In this document: piece by piece, positions 19,843 through 30,791 of the stretch
Position numbering within the stretch: the first letter of the stretch is position 1
Layout of the letters: the number at the start of each line of letters is the position of its first letter
From: a virus
Taxonomy: Duplodnaviria; Heunggongvirae; Uroviricota; Caudoviricetes
Reading direction: 5' to 3' (one strand)
Virus record (IMG/VR): IMGVR_UViG_2531839661_000010
DNA length: 44,444 bases
Translations under genes and position numbers: made by a program
Notes under the pieces: model-generated
The model's input: the letters and a program-made list of their open reading frames with translations, nothing else
What the model was told of the DNA's origin: nothing
Database searches by the model: none

Positions 19843-21063
19843 TTACCCTTTACGGTTTGCCCAGAATTCAGCGTTTTGTTTGTTCAGGGAAGCGATACTG
19901 GTCATGCCCATGTTTGGGCGCTGTGCATCGCCGGTGGTGGCGCGGGTGTTTCGCCCTTTGGCAATCTCAGACACGGCATTAAACGCCATGTCGACCGATT
20001 GTTTCGGCAATTTGCGGATATCCGCATCACCGACGATCTGGCGAACCAGCGTTTTATCTGCGGAAGCCAGAACCTCGCGTTTGAACTCGGTCGGTTTCAT
20101 CTTACGGCTCAGATCGATACCCGGAACGATAACTTCGGCACGCCAGGCTGAGTCACCAGTAATCGTGGTTTCCTCTTCATCGTCCTCGCCGTCACCGGTC
20201 GGATTATCGTCAGGCTTATTATCGTTATCGCCCGTGGCATTTCCTTCCAGCTTAGCCAGCAGGGCTTTCAGTAATGTTTTGAGGTCATCATCACTGTCGC
20301 CGGTTGGACCTCCACCCATCTCTGGTGCTTTGTCCGGTAGTGGTTGCTGCGGGGACAGGTTGATGTTGAGATTAACGCCCTGCGGCAAATCCCCCTCATC
20401 TCCTGTAACCGATGCGGGAGCCGACTCCACCAGTTCGTTCATGGTGTCGGCATCTCCTGTCTTGATGGCTGCACGCATGCGGTTCCACCAGTTTTTCTTT
20501 TGATTTGCCATTGTGTCTCTGTCTCCAATTGCACAACGATTTCCGGCTCTGCCTTTAGGGACAAGAGCCACATGGTTTCCGGTAATATCGACCTGCTCGG
20601 CTTTACCTGGCTCGGTCTGCTCGTACTCCGCGTCATAGCCGCACGACACTTCGCGCAGGCCATCTTCGATAAGCTGAATGGCGTTTTCGTCTTTGACGAT
20701 AAGGTCAGCCAGCATCAAATCAGACTGCTCACCCGTCCCGCGCCGGACATTCTGGAGGTGCCCGACAGCAAGCTCTTTCCAGTTCTCGGGATTTACCAGC
20801 CGCACATTCCCGTTTTCATCTTCAGGATGCAGGATCGTGATGCTCATCCCTTCGAATGAGGCAAGCGTGGCCGGATGGAATACCTGCTCAGGAGAACGCG
20901 TGACGACTATTTCACCGAACTTATCGGGTTTCAGTTTTGGCAGATCATCAGCACCATAGAGCTGCTTACCTGTTCGTCCTATCGGCACGTCTTTGCACAG
21001 CAACGAGCCGTCAGCCAGCTGGTAGCGGGTTTCTCCCAGCCGGGTATTGAAAAAATATTTCAT
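19843..21063 (-). CDS. Head maturation protease / scaffold protein
   Basis: 406-aa ORF with acidic, Pro-rich C-terminal half typical of scaffold domains; position between head-morphogenesis and capsid genes. Confidence 0.5.
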   Translation of the reverse strand: MKYFFNTRLGETRYQLADGSLLCKDVPIGRTGKQLYGADDLPKLKPDKFGEIVVTRSPEQVFHPATLASFEGMSITILHPEDENGNVRLVNPENWKELAVGHLQNVRRGTGEQSDLMLADLIVKDENAIQLIEDGLREVSCGYDAEYEQTEPGKAEQVDITGNHVALVPKGRAGNRCAIGDRDTMANQKKNWWNRMRAAIKTGDADTMNELVESAPASVTGDEGDLPQGVNLNINLSPQQPLPDKAPEMGGGPTGDSDDDLKTLLKALLAKLEGNATGDNDNKPDDNPTGDGEDDEEETTITGDSAWRAEVIVPGIDLSRKMKPTEFKREVLASADKTLVRQIVGDADIRKLPKQSVDMAFNAVSEIAKGRNTRATTGDAQRPNMGMTSIASLNKQNAEFWANRKG

Positions 21064-21077
21064 GGGTTACCTGCGAT

Positions 21078-21812
21078 TCAGGCGGGATAAGATTGGGAGG
21101 TGGGAAAAACGATTTCTTTATAACAGCGACAATTCGGGAGCTCGCCAGCGTGACCGGTCATGCCATCAAGCGTTGGAGGTTTGCCCCATTCGACAAATTT
21201 ACCTTCCATTTCCCGATGAGAATGCCTGACGTCACCATCTTCGGCTGTACGCCAGATATAACCATTCGAACCAATTGACAGCGCACGCGCCTGATCCAGC
21301 GCGCCGGTTGCACGTCCAAGTTCAGTACGGGCAATCAGGTCAGCTCTGGACTTTGCTATATCACCCGATGCGGCTATTTCTTTAGCAAAATGTTCCGCTC
21401 TCCCACCGGTCACAACAGCTTCTATCGCCCGATTCTGGATGTCGTACACCCTGTCAGCCGCCTCGAGGGGTAGCGATTTGATGTACTTAACCTGTTCAGC
21501 AACGATGGATTTCATCACCTGCCCTGGGGGGGCACTGTTTACCAGATTGCGTAGCTCACGGCTGATGGTTTTGCTGTGTTTACGCCACTGCTCATCATTC
21601 TTGCGCACAATATCGGCGGTAAAGTTTTCCGCGACCTTTGTCGCCCAGGGGGTGATGATTTCACTGTAGCGTTCCAGCGCCTCAATAATTTCCGTGATAC
21701 TGTCATTTGAGCCATCGTAGCGACCATTTACGATGTCTCCGACCGCCCGCGCTATCCTGCGTAGGCTGGTTCGATAGCGGATTTCCGCCTGACGGTTCCT
21801 GCGGTTCGTCAT
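21078..21812 (-). CDS. Head morphogenesis protein (Mu F / SPP1 gp7 family)
   Basis: C-terminal GELPNCRCY motif and position directly after the portal gene; start uncertain because the ORF overlaps the portal 3' end. Confidence 0.6.
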   Translation of the reverse strand: MTNRRNRQAEIRYRTSLRRIARAVGDIVNGRYDGSNDSITEIIEALERYSEIITPWATKVAENFTADIVRKNDEQWRKHSKTISRELRNLVNSAPPGQVMKSIVAEQVKYIKSLPLEAADRVYDIQNRAIEAVVTGGRAEHFAKEIAASGDIAKSRADLIARTELGRATGALDQARALSIGSNGYIWRTAEDGDVRHSHREMEGKFVEWGKPPTLDGMTGHAGELPNCRCYKEIVFPTSQSYPA

Positions 21813-23169
21813 CAGGTTCGCCGATGCCGGGCGGCGCTTCGTCTTCGGCATTCTCTATGTCCTCGTCGGTAATGGATGCCCCGATGCCGGTTACGTCAGA
21901 ATTTTCGCGCAAATCAGTCATAGCGGCTTTCAGTGTCATCAGACCATCACCCAGCGCTGTACTGATTGCGTTGGTGGTATTTAACGCCACCGTTGAACGA
22001 TCGACATCAGACATTTGCCAGAGCGGGTTAAACTCAAACGTGAAATCATCCGGGAGCGGCTTGCCAAGTTCCGAACGATGCATGATGTCCAGTATCCGCC
22101 GCACCGGAAGACGTAAACGTCTCTCCTGCAACGAACTGATGCGGTCGTAATAGTTGGCAAGGTCTGCATCACCGGTAGAAAATCCTTTCGGGGACTGTCC
22201 AAACAGCCGCACCAGTGGGATACCAACAGCGCCACTAATCTGTTCTGCAAACTGTGAAAGGATGTCATCCAGACCACTGAAGCTGTACTGATGAGTTTCA
22301 AACTTATCCCGCGAGTCCATGAGCGTCATGCCTTCATTGCTCTGGAACTGTCGAATCAGGTCGATATTCTTCAGCAACGCTTCATACGCAGGACCACCAA
22401 GTGCGATAAGCTCGCGTAGCTTCTCCACGCTGTAGGTACGCAAATGCGCCTTGTAGACCAGCTGCGCCGCGCCGACAGTAGCGCTGTCGAACGCGGTAAG
22501 ACGATCCCAGATACGCTCTACAACCGACATTCCCCATTCGTTCTCGGTCATCTTCTGCTGAAATGGCAGCGTGACGCCATCAAAGCGAATCAGGCGACTG
22601 TGATGAATTCGCCAGGCAGGAATTCCCGTTGCTGTGGTCACCACATCGTAAAACTCAGGTTTACCCAGGTCCGGCCCCATATCTTTAATGCGGCGGGTCA
22701 GTACCGGGTCAATCATCCAGCGGTCGAGCGGGAGAATCCCCTTAAACTTGCCCTTACCGATGGTTTCGGGTCGCAGCGGGGTCATTGGTGCCTGCCCCTC
22801 AATCATGATGAAACCCACCGCGCCGCCGTAGAGGCGCGACCATTTCAGCACGTCGTTCAGCGCATCCCAGATTTGCAACTCATCCAGTTGTGATTCGAGA
22901 ATGCCACGATCTTTTGCATCAATTTCCGAAGTAATGCGAATGCCTTTGCGGGTCATATCATCCGGGATAGCATCGACTGCTTCGCCGATGATCCAGGACG
23001 AACGATAGGACCATTCCACCTGCATGCGGTTACGACTGGTGAAATTAGCCCGGTAGGTGGATGCAGAGTGCTGGTTAGGTGTATGCATCCCTACGCGGGC
23101 AATAAAATTCTCATAACCATCAGCTGTGGCCTGCGCAGTTCGCCGCAGGGCTTGTTTGTTTCGTGACAT
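21703..23169 (-). CDS. Portal protein
   Basis: 488-aa ORF immediately downstream of the terminase large subunit with stop/start overlap; acidic C-terminus. Confidence 0.7.
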   Translation of the reverse strand: MSRNKQALRRTAQATADGYENFIARVGMHTPNQHSASTYRANFTSRNRMQVEWSYRSSWIIGEAVDAIPDDMTRKGIRITSEIDAKDRGILESQLDELQIWDALNDVLKWSRLYGGAVGFIMIEGQAPMTPLRPETIGKGKFKGILPLDRWMIDPVLTRRIKDMGPDLGKPEFYDVVTTATGIPAWRIHHSRLIRFDGVTLPFQQKMTENEWGMSVVERIWDRLTAFDSATVGAAQLVYKAHLRTYSVEKLRELIALGGPAYEALLKNIDLIRQFQSNEGMTLMDSRDKFETHQYSFSGLDDILSQFAEQISGAVGIPLVRLFGQSPKGFSTGDADLANYYDRISSLQERRLRLPVRRILDIMHRSELGKPLPDDFTFEFNPLWQMSDVDRSTVALNTTNAISTALGDGLMTLKAAMTDLRENSDVTGIGASITDEDIENAEDEAPPGIGEPDDEPQEPSGGNPLSNQPTQDSAGGRRHRKWSLRWLK

Positions 23170-24791
23170 CAGGCCTGTCTCCCTAGCAGCTCCCAGATGT
23201 TCAGGGCTGAATTCATTGGGGCATAGTTGATCATCACCGAGTCGGCAAGGTTTGGCGACCGGGTTCCATCAGGCTGTTTATCAATAACGATTTTTCCCAC
23301 ACCATTAATGGAATAGGTCGGCTGCGAAAGCTCGATGATGAGTTTATCTTTGAGTGCCATGCTACTGCTGATTGAGATGATTTCGTCCGGGTTGTAAGCC
23401 ATACCTTCAACCACGGCGCGCCAGGTATTCTGAAAAAGTTTACGTAACCGCCACCAGCTCTGGGCTTTGGCGTTAGCGAAGAAGTCCTTGTTCAGACGTG
23501 CGGCTTGCCCGTTGTCCCCGCGAACAGCTTCATCATCCGGATCAAATACCGCACCACTACCTCGAAACGGTGTGGCGAGTATTGACGGTCGGCGCGCAGC
23601 GTTACGCAGTTCGTTGATAGCGCGTGCATCGCCGCGAACGCCAGCGCCCAGCCCGTCCTCGTCAAAGCGAAACTCTTCGAGGTTGTCCTGTTCGCAAAAA
23701 CCGAAGACCTTCTCGACGGACTGATAAATGTCGCTGCCCACACCAGACCATTCCCGCACATTTTCCAGGAGGAAGCCATGACGGGTGGAAAAGGCATTTT
23801 TGTCCCTGCCTTCATCAGCGACATCCATCGCGCCAAGTCGTTTGCCTGTTGGCTGGATACCCAGTTTGATATGTGCATCAACGGCAGCCTGTACCCATTC
23901 GGATGGAATCAGAACGCCTTCCGCTGATGCGCTGTAGTTCAGATCAAGTTCCTGTGCCACCACCACCGGATTATCGATTTTCTCGCATTCCCTGCGATAC
24001 CACTCTTCATCCTTGCGAGGATCATCCCGCCAGTGGAATGTGAATACCGGTATCTTCCCGCCATGACGCTTCTGAGCGAACGGGTTAGCCATGCCGTTAA
24101 CTGAACTCAGGTCGATACGGCAACGCGTCGTTTGTGACAACGCCGCATCAATCAGCAGAGGACGCTGAAGGAATGCAGCCTCATCAACCAGATAAAGCGT
24201 GGTACGGTCACCACGACCAATATTATCGCCAGCCTCGCCTTTGATAACGGCACCAGTTTCAGGAAACTCAACACGCATATATGGCGCGTGCTTCTTCTCG
24301 CTCCACGAACCGCGAAACTCTACAGGTAGCGTTTCCACGAACTTGCGTGCCTTCCAGAACAATGCTTTCGGGTCACCAGTGCTGTCGACGTATTCCTCTT
24401 TACGGGAGCCGAAACCGATAACCATTTCTTTGTTGAAGAGACAAAGCGAGCAGGCCAGTCCGATCGCGGTCCAACTGAGCCCCATTTCACGGGATTTTTC
24501 GGTAATACCATTCTCCCGATTGCCCCAGCGTTCCATAATCCAGTGGATCCACTCCTCCTGCTTAGGGAAGAGTAAAAACGGAATGGTCACCGGCAGGCCA
24601 TAATCAATATTACGCGGGTCCGTTGTCATGCCCCAGTCGATGATGAACTGAGCCGGATTGGTTCGGTAAAACTGTTTTAGTGCAGGCAATATTTCAGGAT
24701 TCTGGCGAATGCGCTGTAAGCGTTCCATCCGCCATTCAAAAACCATCTGGTAATCAGGATGTTTAAAATCGAAGGAGAATGGTAACGGCAT
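23169..24791 (-). CDS. Terminase large subunit
   Basis: 540-aa ORF after the small subunit; ATPase-like N-terminal region and nuclease-like C-terminal region with acidic motif [10 protein letters not shown]. Confidence 0.85.
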   Translation of the reverse strand: MPLPFSFDFKHPDYQMVFEWRMERLQRIRQNPEILPALKQFYRTNPAQFIIDWGMTTDPRNIDYGLPVTIPFLLFPKQEEWIHWIMERWGNRENGITEKSREMGLSWTAIGLACSLCLFNKEMVIGFGSRKEEYVDSTGDPKALFWKARKFVETLPVEFRGSWSEKKHAPYMRVEFPETGAVIKGEAGDNIGRGDRTTLYLVDEAAFLQRPLLIDAALSQTTRCRIDLSSVNGMANPFAQKRHGGKIPVFTFHWRDDPRKDEEWYRRECEKIDNPVVVAQELDLNYSASAEGVLIPSEWVQAAVDAHIKLGIQPTGKRLGAMDVADEGRDKNAFSTRHGFLLENVREWSGVGSDIYQSVEKVFGFCEQDNLEEFRFDEDGLGAGVRGDARAINELRNAARRPSILATPFRGSGAVFDPDDEAVRGDNGQAARLNKDFFANAKAQSWWRLRKLFQNTWRAVVEGMAYNPDEIISISSSMALKDKLIIELSQPTYSINGVGKIVIDKQPDGTRSPNLADSVMINYAPMNSALNIWELLGRQA

Positions 24792-24793
24792 AC

Positions 24794-25345
24794 TTAGCCC
24801 ATCATTTTTCTATACGCCTCTGCAGCCTGCTCCGGCGTTAAGTTGGTAATTTCTGTTCTGACTGGTCCTCCATCAGCGCCAGTCACTTCATTTTTGACGT
24901 TGTCTTTAAACGCCTGAACAGAAACATGCTTACCAAGAAGTTCGAGGTTTTTAACCTTATCAGGCCATTTGATTTTCTTCAGGAGTGCGGCGCTATCTGC
25001 GGATGCCATCTCCACGACATCCATTCCTGATAACGTTGTGCGCCATACCTTAGGCCAGTCTTTAATGGGTTTTAGCTCACCGTTTTGCAAGAGAATGTCA
25101 AGCACATCCATCTGGTCGATTTCAATAAGGCGATTAAGTACATATTCTGCATTAATACCAACAAGATCATTGCGTTGCGCTTTCAGTTCGGCGATTCTTA
25201 ACTTGATGTCAGGTTTTGACAGGTTTTCGGATGCGGTACGGTTAGCTGTCTTTGCGCTGTACCCCGCCCGAATAGCCGCTTGCGTGGCGTTTAAATCGAT
25301 GAGGTACTCGCGACAGAACATTTCTTGCTTGTCGGTGAGTGCCAT
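24794..25345 (-). CDS. Terminase small subunit
   Basis: N-terminus [30 protein letters not shown] is the classic small-terminase opening; directly upstream of the large subunit. Confidence 0.8.
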   Translation of the reverse strand: MALTDKQEMFCREYLIDLNATQAAIRAGYSAKTANRTASENLSKPDIKLRIAELKAQRNDLVGINAEYVLNRLIEIDQMDVLDILLQNGELKPIKDWPKVWRTTLSGMDVVEMASADSAALLKKIKWPDKVKNLELLGKHVSVQAFKDNVKNEVTGADGGPVRTEITNLTPEQAAEAYRKMMG

Positions 25346-25365
25346 ATAGTACCCTAGGAGATCAA

Positions 25366-25944
25366 ATGGATAATTTGTCTGAGGAATTAAAGAAGCCCCA
25401 CAATGGTAGGCTTAGAGCTTACATTGCTGGATTATTTGATGCAGACAGAAACAAGAGGTGGGTTGACTGCTCCCATGCAATTACGGCCCACAATCAATGG
25501 TCGACAATAACACTTCAACATCTAGGTGCACTAGATTCTCGCCTAGTTAATGATGATGCTGAACTCATCAAGACTGGATATCTAAAAAACCCAATGCACG
25601 ACTTAAGTGATCATATCACTTCTTCCTATCTCTGGGTTTTAGGAATGTATGAACTAGTAAGAACATTAGATCAATTTGCAAAAAATGATGGATCTCCATT
25701 GAATCATGTGCGAAATGAGATACAGATCTATAAACGTAAGATCAATCGTTTAAGAATTCCATTAGCCAAAATGGAAGCCGCAAGTAGTAACTCTGATGAC
25801 TCACCAATTGCATATCCAGGATTGAATCAAGCTTTAGGCCTTGCATGGCAATTGAATGAGCATGACTGGATCTCTCGGCGTGAATTATCTGATGATGCTC
25901 TCACATTATTCGAGCACATAAAACATTCAATGACTAATACTTAA
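25366..25944 (+). CDS. Hypothetical protein encoded antisense to the late operon (accessory insertion)
   Basis: 192-aa ORF with AGGAG six bases before the ATG at 25366; AT-rich; divergent from the small terminase gene with starts about 20 bp apart. Confidence 0.5.
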   Translation: MDNLSEELKKPHNGRLRAYIAGLFDADRNKRWVDCSHAITAHNQWSTITLQHLGALDSRLVNDDAELIKTGYLKNPMHDLSDHITSSYLWVLGMYELVRTLDQFAKNDGSPLNHVRNEIQIYKRKINRLRIPLAKMEAASSNSDDSPIAYPGLNQALGLAWQLNEHDWISRRELSDDALTLFEHIKHSMTNT

Positions 25945-26155
25945 TTAATTCTTCTTTATCTCAGAGAATACCAGGCGGCGTTTCAGTATTGCATATCTTG
26001 ATTACTGTTTTACTAGACGCCGTCCGATGGCTTCTTTGTCCGGTTTTTACATGATTATGTTCCTAATGCTATAGCCATTAAAAAAGCTACTCGTAGGTAG
26101 CTTTGTCTTAATCTTACTCATATTTAAGGTGAAATAATAAAACTAAAACGAAATG

Positions 26156-26362
26156 CTATTTACCAATCGTTTCCTGAATAGCATCAGTCAACCGCGGAAG
26201 GTATTTTATTGCCTCCTCCAAATCATAAGACACGTTTTTCGCATCGGTAGGGGCAGATACGGCGGCCTTGATAATTTCAAGAGCTGCTTTGGTAGCCACT
26301 AAACGCTGGTGCTCAGAATCAGATACTCGGTTATCGCCAGATTTAAAATAATTGTCCATCAT
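26156..26362 (-). CDS. Small hypothetical protein
   Basis: 68-aa ORF between the accessory gene and the KilA-N remnant; no recognisable motif. Confidence 0.3.
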   Translation of the reverse strand: MMDNYFKSGDNRVSDSEHQRLVATKAALEIIKAAVSAPTDAKNVSYDLEEAIKYLPRLTDAIQETIGK

Positions 26363-26468
26363 AAACCCTCCATTAGATAATCAGAGCCTACAGATTACCC
26401 TTCGTCTTCATACGAATAAAGCATTATTGCAGCCCTCACTGAAGGGCTGCCCGGATTAACCAGCAGAA

Positions 26469-26974
26469 TCACACCATTCCGGGCAAATACATTTGCACTT
26501 CATTTGCCGCTCTCTCACGTGCAACATGAAGCAATCTTTTTCGCCCACCAACGCCCCACTTAGCCATTTGGCTTGCGCACTGGCTTATCGCTTTGGTTTC
26601 AGTATTGATGATGTGATCGATTCTATTCAGACGGGACATTGCGCCAACACCGAGACGGACAACCGTTTTGAAAACTTCATAAACTTCGATTTCAAATTCC
26701 GGCTTAATCCATGCTGCATATCTGATTGCCAGAAGTTCAACACCCCACACACCTGGTTCTGCACCACCTTTGATTATTTTAAGTGGCTGAATTTGTTCCA
26801 AAGTGCTTTTATAAAGCGTTTTATCTGCGCGCTACGCAAAAACTGGCTTGGGCGCTGTTGCTCTGTAGCCTCTCCATTTGCAACTGCTGCTGCATGGAGA
26901 TCGTTTAAGTTGTAGCGTCCATCCTCATCAACACGAACGGACACACCATTGACAATAACTGTTGGGTACTTCAT
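26469..26974 (-). pseudogene. KilA-N domain protein gene interrupted by a frameshift
   Basis: ORF 26774-26974 (NGVSVRVDEDGRYNLNDLHAAA...FLRSAQIKRFIKAL) and ORF 26469-26801 (GVWGVELLAIRYAAWIKPEF) together span one KilA-N-like domain but lie in different frames. Confidence 0.5.
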
Positions 26975-27176
26975 CAGTAATTACCTTTTAGTGATGAACC
27001 TTGTCACACAGGATTCCGGCCCACAGAAAGGTACCGATCACCAAACCGGCATCCTCAAGGGTCATCCTGAAAGGTTCTGTGTTCATAAGTCGCGCGTGTG
27101 AAGCGCGTTTACTGCGGACATAAAAAAGCCCCGCATCGCGAGGCTCATTAAATGGACTTTGTGATTTGCAAAAAAA

Positions 27177-27614
27177 TTATTTCAGGCACTGAGTCCTGAT
27201 GTACTCCTGCAGGTAGTTAACCTGCGCGGTTATCCTGTCTATTCCACTTCGGAGACGGTAATAATTGAGTTCAGCATCTGCTGTAAGTCTTGGGCTTTCT
27301 CCATCGCCCATGCTGCTGGCTCCGGTCGTTGACTTTGCACAGGTGGCGGAGACTTGCAGGCGCTTACGACCAGCAGAAACATCAGCACGGAGACTTTCGA
27401 TAGTCGCGTTAGCATCAGCAAGTTCCTTTGTATATCTTGCGTCGAGTTCTGCTACATCACGTTGACGCTTCTGCATATCAGCGATGATGGATGTGGCTTT
27501 ATCGCGCTGCTCTTTGTAGGCGATGGCGTTATCACGGTAATGATTAACAGCCCATGACAGGCAGAGGATGATGCAAATAACCAGAGCGGAGATAATCGCG
27601 GTGACTCTTCTCAT
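27177..27614 (-). CDS. Rz: Spanin, inner-membrane subunit (Rz)
   Basis: N-terminal transmembrane helix, coiled-coil body, position after the endolysin gene, Rz1 embedded in the +1 frame. Confidence 0.85.
   Translation of the reverse strand: MRRVTAIISALVICIILCLSWAVNHYRDNAIAYKEQRDKATSIIADMQKRQRDVAELDARYTKELADANATIESLRADVSAGRKRLQVSATCAKSTTGASSMGDGESPRLTADAELNYYRLRSGIDRITAQVNYLQEYIRTQCLK
27239..27421 (-). CDS. Rz1: Spanin, outer-membrane lipoprotein subunit (Rz1), embedded in Rz
   Basis: 60-aa ORF wholly inside Rz; lipobox LVVSAC followed by proline-rich sequence. Confidence 0.75.
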   Translation of the reverse strand: MLMLTRLSKVSVLMFLLVVSACKSPPPVQSQRPEPAAWAMEKAQDLQQMLNSIITVSEVE

Positions 27615-28087
27615 ACCTCAATCTCTCTGACCGTTCCGCCTGCTTCTTTGAATTTTGCAATCAGGCTGTCAGCCTTATGCTCGAACTGACCATAACCAGC
27701 GCCCGGCAGTGAAGCCCAGATATTGCTGCAACGGTCGATAGCCTGACGAATATCACCGCGATCAATCATCGGTAAAGCGCCACGCTCTTTAATCTGCTGT
27801 AGTGCAACAGCGTCCTGGCTTTTCGGAGAGAAGTCTTTCAGCCCAAGCTGCTTACGGTATGCATCCCACCAACGGGAAAGAAGCTGGTAACGTCCGGCTG
27901 CTGTTGATTTGAGTTTTGGGTTTAGCGTGACAAGTTTGCGAGGGTGATCGGAGTAATCAGTGAATAGCTCTCCTCCTACAATGACGTCATAACCATGATT
28001 TCTGGTTTTCTGCCGTCCGTTATCCGTTCCTTCTGACCATGCCACCATATCGAGGAAAGCCTTACGCTGAGGATTAAGATTTTGCAT
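27611..28087 (-). CDS. R: Endolysin, lytic transglycosylase (lambda R)
   Basis: 158-aa protein ...[47 protein letters not shown]... matches lambda R as recalled over nearly its whole length. Confidence 0.95.
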   Translation of the reverse strand: MQNLNPQRKAFLDMVAWSEGTDNGRQKTRNHGYDVIVGGELFTDYSDHPRKLVTLNPKLKSTAAGRYQLLSRWWDAYRKQLGLKDFSPKSQDAVALQQIKERGALPMIDRGDIRQAIDRCSNIWASLPGAGYGQFEHKADSLIAKFKEAGGTVREIEV

Positions 28088-28391
28088 TTTTCACCCCTGT
28101 CAGTCGTTCCCAGAAGTACGTCAGTGCAACCGAACCCATCGCACCACTAATCCCCGCTGTCGCGAGAATCATGTAAATACTGAATCCACTTTCGATGCTG
28201 ATCAGGCCACCAATAACACCGGTGAATCCTGATACCACTATCTGAGCCAGAGCATTTATCCAACTCCACGTTGCTTTACTCTGCTTCACATCTATCAGAT
28301 AGCGGACCAGACCGCCCCAACCAGCGATGATCAGCAAAACGAGCCAGAACGCTCCGGCAAGGCTCTCTTTTTCGTGCATATGAATAGCCAA
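28074..28391 (-). CDS. Holin
   Basis: Small protein with two to three transmembrane segments immediately upstream of and overlapping the endolysin gene; not lambda S-like; start is either TTG at 28391 or ATG at 28379. Confidence 0.6.
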   Translation of the reverse strand: MAIHMHEKESLAGAFWLVLLIIAGWGGLVRYLIDVKQSKATWSWINALAQIVVSGFTGVIGGLISIESGFSIYMILATAGISGAMGSVALTYFWERLTGVKNAKS

Positions 28392-28493
28392 TGTTTCGCC
28401 GCCGACAAAAGGCCGGGACGTTAAATGTCAGAAATCAGGCTCACGGGGTAATTTAATGACAAAGCACGGAGTTGATGCTCCCCGCAAGCCTGG

Positions 28494-28519
28494 AATAAAA
28501 AAGCCAGCATGTAGCTGGC
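28494..28519 (-). terminator. tR'-like terminator between Q and the lysis genes
   Basis: Stem GCCAGC/GCTGGC with 5-nt loop followed by six U on the minus strand, in the Q-to-holin intergenic region. Confidence 0.4.
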
Positions 28520-28700
28520 AACAGAGGGTTAAGCAATATCAACTCAACAGCTGAAGACACCCTGTCTGGGGTACGTTGGAAGGATACTCACCGCCCAGAA
28601 ACAGAAAAGCCCAAGGCTTTAAACCTCGAGCTTGAATTTGGATTACTGCCAGTGCGTACAACATTGGCAAAATATCAGATTTATATGAAATATATGCTTT

Positions 28701-29390
28701 TTAATCCAGTTTTGCAATATTTTGCTGTGAAAATGTCGCCTTTTGTTTTGAACGTGTTCTCGTTAGAAGCAATAAAGCTTCGCTATCAAGCTGTAGAAAA
28801 ATGTGCTTCATTGCAACCCAGCGTTCAGTGAATGTCTCAGACCAGTTTTTTGATGTCACTCCCACCAGTGACGCCAGTTCCTGGTATTCATAAGCCTCAC
28901 GCCCTGCCAGTTCGCTCTTCACATCCTGTGCCGCCAGCCAGATCAATTTCTTCAGGCGTTCCAGTGTCTTACCTGCAATTTTTCTGGTACCCAACAGAGT
29001 CTTAAACTCGCTCCATGCCCACTGCGTTATGGCAACCTGATGCTCCCAGCGAATATTTTCACTGTAACTCCACAGCAACCATGCTTTCTGATGCTCATCG
29101 AGAGACAGAACAGCGCGGCGCCATGAAGAGGTTGAAAACTCGACCGGACTGATCAGGGCGACAGATGCACCTTTTGCGTACGACTGTTTACCGGAAATCG
29201 GCGGATTATCCAGCATAATAATCTTGCCAGTTACCTCATCCAGAATGCGTCGCTTCTTTCGTTTGTATGTACCAGTATCAAATTGTGCATGCTCCAGCCA
29301 GGCTTCAAGCTGGCCTTTCGTTGCTCCGCTCAAGTCAGCGGTAGCCACCATGAGTTGCTCGCGGACATACTGTAAATATTGGGTATTCAT
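28701..29390 (-). CDS. Late-gene antiterminator Q (not the lambda Q type)
   Basis: 229-aa ORF in the Q position downstream of rusA and upstream of the late promoter region; not lambda Q-like; family not confirmed. Confidence 0.65.
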   Translation of the reverse strand: MNTQYLQYVREQLMVATADLSGATKGQLEAWLEHAQFDTGTYKRKKRRILDEVTGKIIMLDNPPISGKQSYAKGASVALISPVEFSTSSWRRAVLSLDEHQKAWLLWSYSENIRWEHQVAITQWAWSEFKTLLGTRKIAGKTLERLKKLIWLAAQDVKSELAGREAYEYQELASLVGVTSKNWSETFTERWVAMKHIFLQLDSEALLLLTRTRSKQKATFSQQNIAKLD

Positions 29391-29523
29391 GCGGCAGCTC
29401 CTTTCAGTGTTTTGGCGTAATTCCTCAGTATTCGGTAATCGGTCAAAACAGAACCGGGGAAACGATATAAGCGCAGGCGCATCCAGCGGTGGCGAAGACG
29501 TTCTGCCATATAAGACTCAAACA

Positions 29524-29886
29524 TCATTCATCTCCCAGTTCAGTGATGGTCAGCTCCAGCTTTCCACCTTTGGTAACGGGCATCTTCACAACGCGGTAAT
29601 CAACGACCTGAGCATCATCCAGCCAGAAACCCGCTTTGGTGAGTGCGTCAAAAGCGGCCTTTTGCAGATTATCTAGGTCACGGCGACGGCGATCCGGCAT
29701 GTGGCACTCAATGCGGATTTTCACAGGAATAGCCAGGCCGATATCCAGCATTGCGTTTTTAATGATTCTGGCGACGTTATCGCGGTATGCCTGCCCCTCT
29801 GCGCTGACGTGCGTGCGCCCGCGATTATGGCGGTAATAGCGATTATTGCTCGGAGGCCAGGGTAATGTGATGCTGTAGGTATTCAC
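29524..29886 (-). CDS. rusA: Holliday-junction resolvase RusA
   Basis: 120-aa protein [38 protein letters not shown]...[25 protein letters not shown] matches RusA as recalled; GTG start overlapping the upstream stop. Confidence 0.9.
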   Translation of the reverse strand: MNTYSITLPWPPSNNRYYRHNRGRTHVSAEGQAYRDNVARIIKNAMLDIGLAIPVKIRIECHMPDRRRRDLDNLQKAAFDALTKAGFWLDDAQVVDYRVVKMPVTKGGKLELTITELGDE

Positions 29887-30173
29887 GCCTTAATAACCCC
29901 CTCTTTCAGCCACATAACCTGTGTTCTCGCCATACCTTCCAGCGCGCATTCTTTTGCATATCCAGCGTCAACAAAATGCGTGCGGCGGTCGATTTCGTCG
30001 TGGCAGGCAGAACATGCAATGGTGGCAATCAGGTCTGGCGGTTTCGTACCGGTGCCGCACAATCCAGTCAGCCGGATATGTGCCAGTACAGACGTTTCAG
30101 GGTTGCCATTACATACGCCAGGGATTCTTACCTGGCATTCCCGACCACGCGCTGCTTTTCTCAAATCAGCCAT
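29883..30173 (-). CDS. Nin-region protein, YbcO-like (Cys-rich)
   Basis: 96 aa from ATG at 30173; Cys-rich [12 protein letters not shown]...CSACHDE; position between ninE-like gene and rusA as in DLP12-type nin regions. Confidence 0.55.
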   Translation of the reverse strand: MADLRKAARGRECQVRIPGVCNGNPETSVLAHIRLTGLCGTGTKPPDLIATIACSACHDEIDRRTHFVDAGYAKECALEGMARTQVMWLKEGVIKA

Positions 30174-30336
30174 GACTCCTCCTTGCTGCCAGTCGCAACC
30201 ATTTTTTATCAACCAGGCTGGCGGTATATCCGAGCAGTGTTGGTATTTCGGATGGCTTCAGCTCAGGTTTACGCTTACGACGATTTGGTACTCTGTAGAT
30301 GTGTCCGTTCATGACACGAATAAGCGGTGTAGCCAT
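30166..30336 (-). CDS. ninE: NinE-like small basic protein
   Basis: 56 aa from ATG at 30336 ([25 protein letters not shown]...); overlaps both neighbours by a few bases. Confidence 0.5.
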   Translation of the reverse strand: MATPLIRVMNGHIYRVPNRRKRKPELKPSEIPTLLGYTASLVDKKWLRLAARRSHG

Positions 30337-30791
30337 TACGCCTCCTGCTTGTCGCGCAGCAGCTGAAACTCGCAGCTCTGTGGAATAGTCAGGTGGCAAC
30401 CAATATTCATCGCCCAGGCTTCAACCTTACACAGGAAGACATACATCTCTCCGGTATCAAGATCGGAGGTATGGCGTAACGACTGGATAGTGGTGATATC
30501 ACCGGTTACGACATCAACCAGGTCTTTGGTTTCATAACCGAGATATGTGTGTTTGAGAGCATCTTTTACCCAAGCTGGAGTAGCGAACGTTTTACCCTTG
30601 CTGATGAGGTATTCACTGATTTCGCTGTACCACATGTGGCTGAGTGCATTCTGGGAAAGACTGCGTTTCTCACGCCACGGTTTAAGCACCATGCGAAAGC
30701 ATTTGCCTTCCTCCAGATAAGGCTGGATCTGCTGGCCGATAGCGGTGAAGTTGCCGCGATGTAATTTGATGCCGTCTTGTGGGAGGTTCAC
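30336..30791 (-). CDS. Nin-region protein, YbcN-like
   Basis: 151-aa ORF at the head of the nin operon; resemblance to DLP12 YbcN is from memory only. Confidence 0.5.
   Translation of the reverse strand: MNLPQDGIKLHRGNFTAIGQQIQPYLEEGKCFRMVLKPWREKRSLSQNALSHMWYSEISEYLISKGKTFATPAWVKDALKHTYLGYETKDLVDVVTGDITTIQSLRHTSDLDTGEMYVFLCKVEAWAMNIGCHLTIPQSCEFQLLRDKQEA

Noticed and set aside
26990-27088. 32-codon ORF between the KilA-N remnant and Rz, near a terminator-like hairpin
   Set aside because: No ribosome-binding site or recognisable motif; insufficient evidence.
28379-28391. Dual-start (holin/antiholin) motif for the holin
   Set aside because: The upstream start is TTG rather than ATG, so the lambda-style two-methionine arrangement cannot be asserted.
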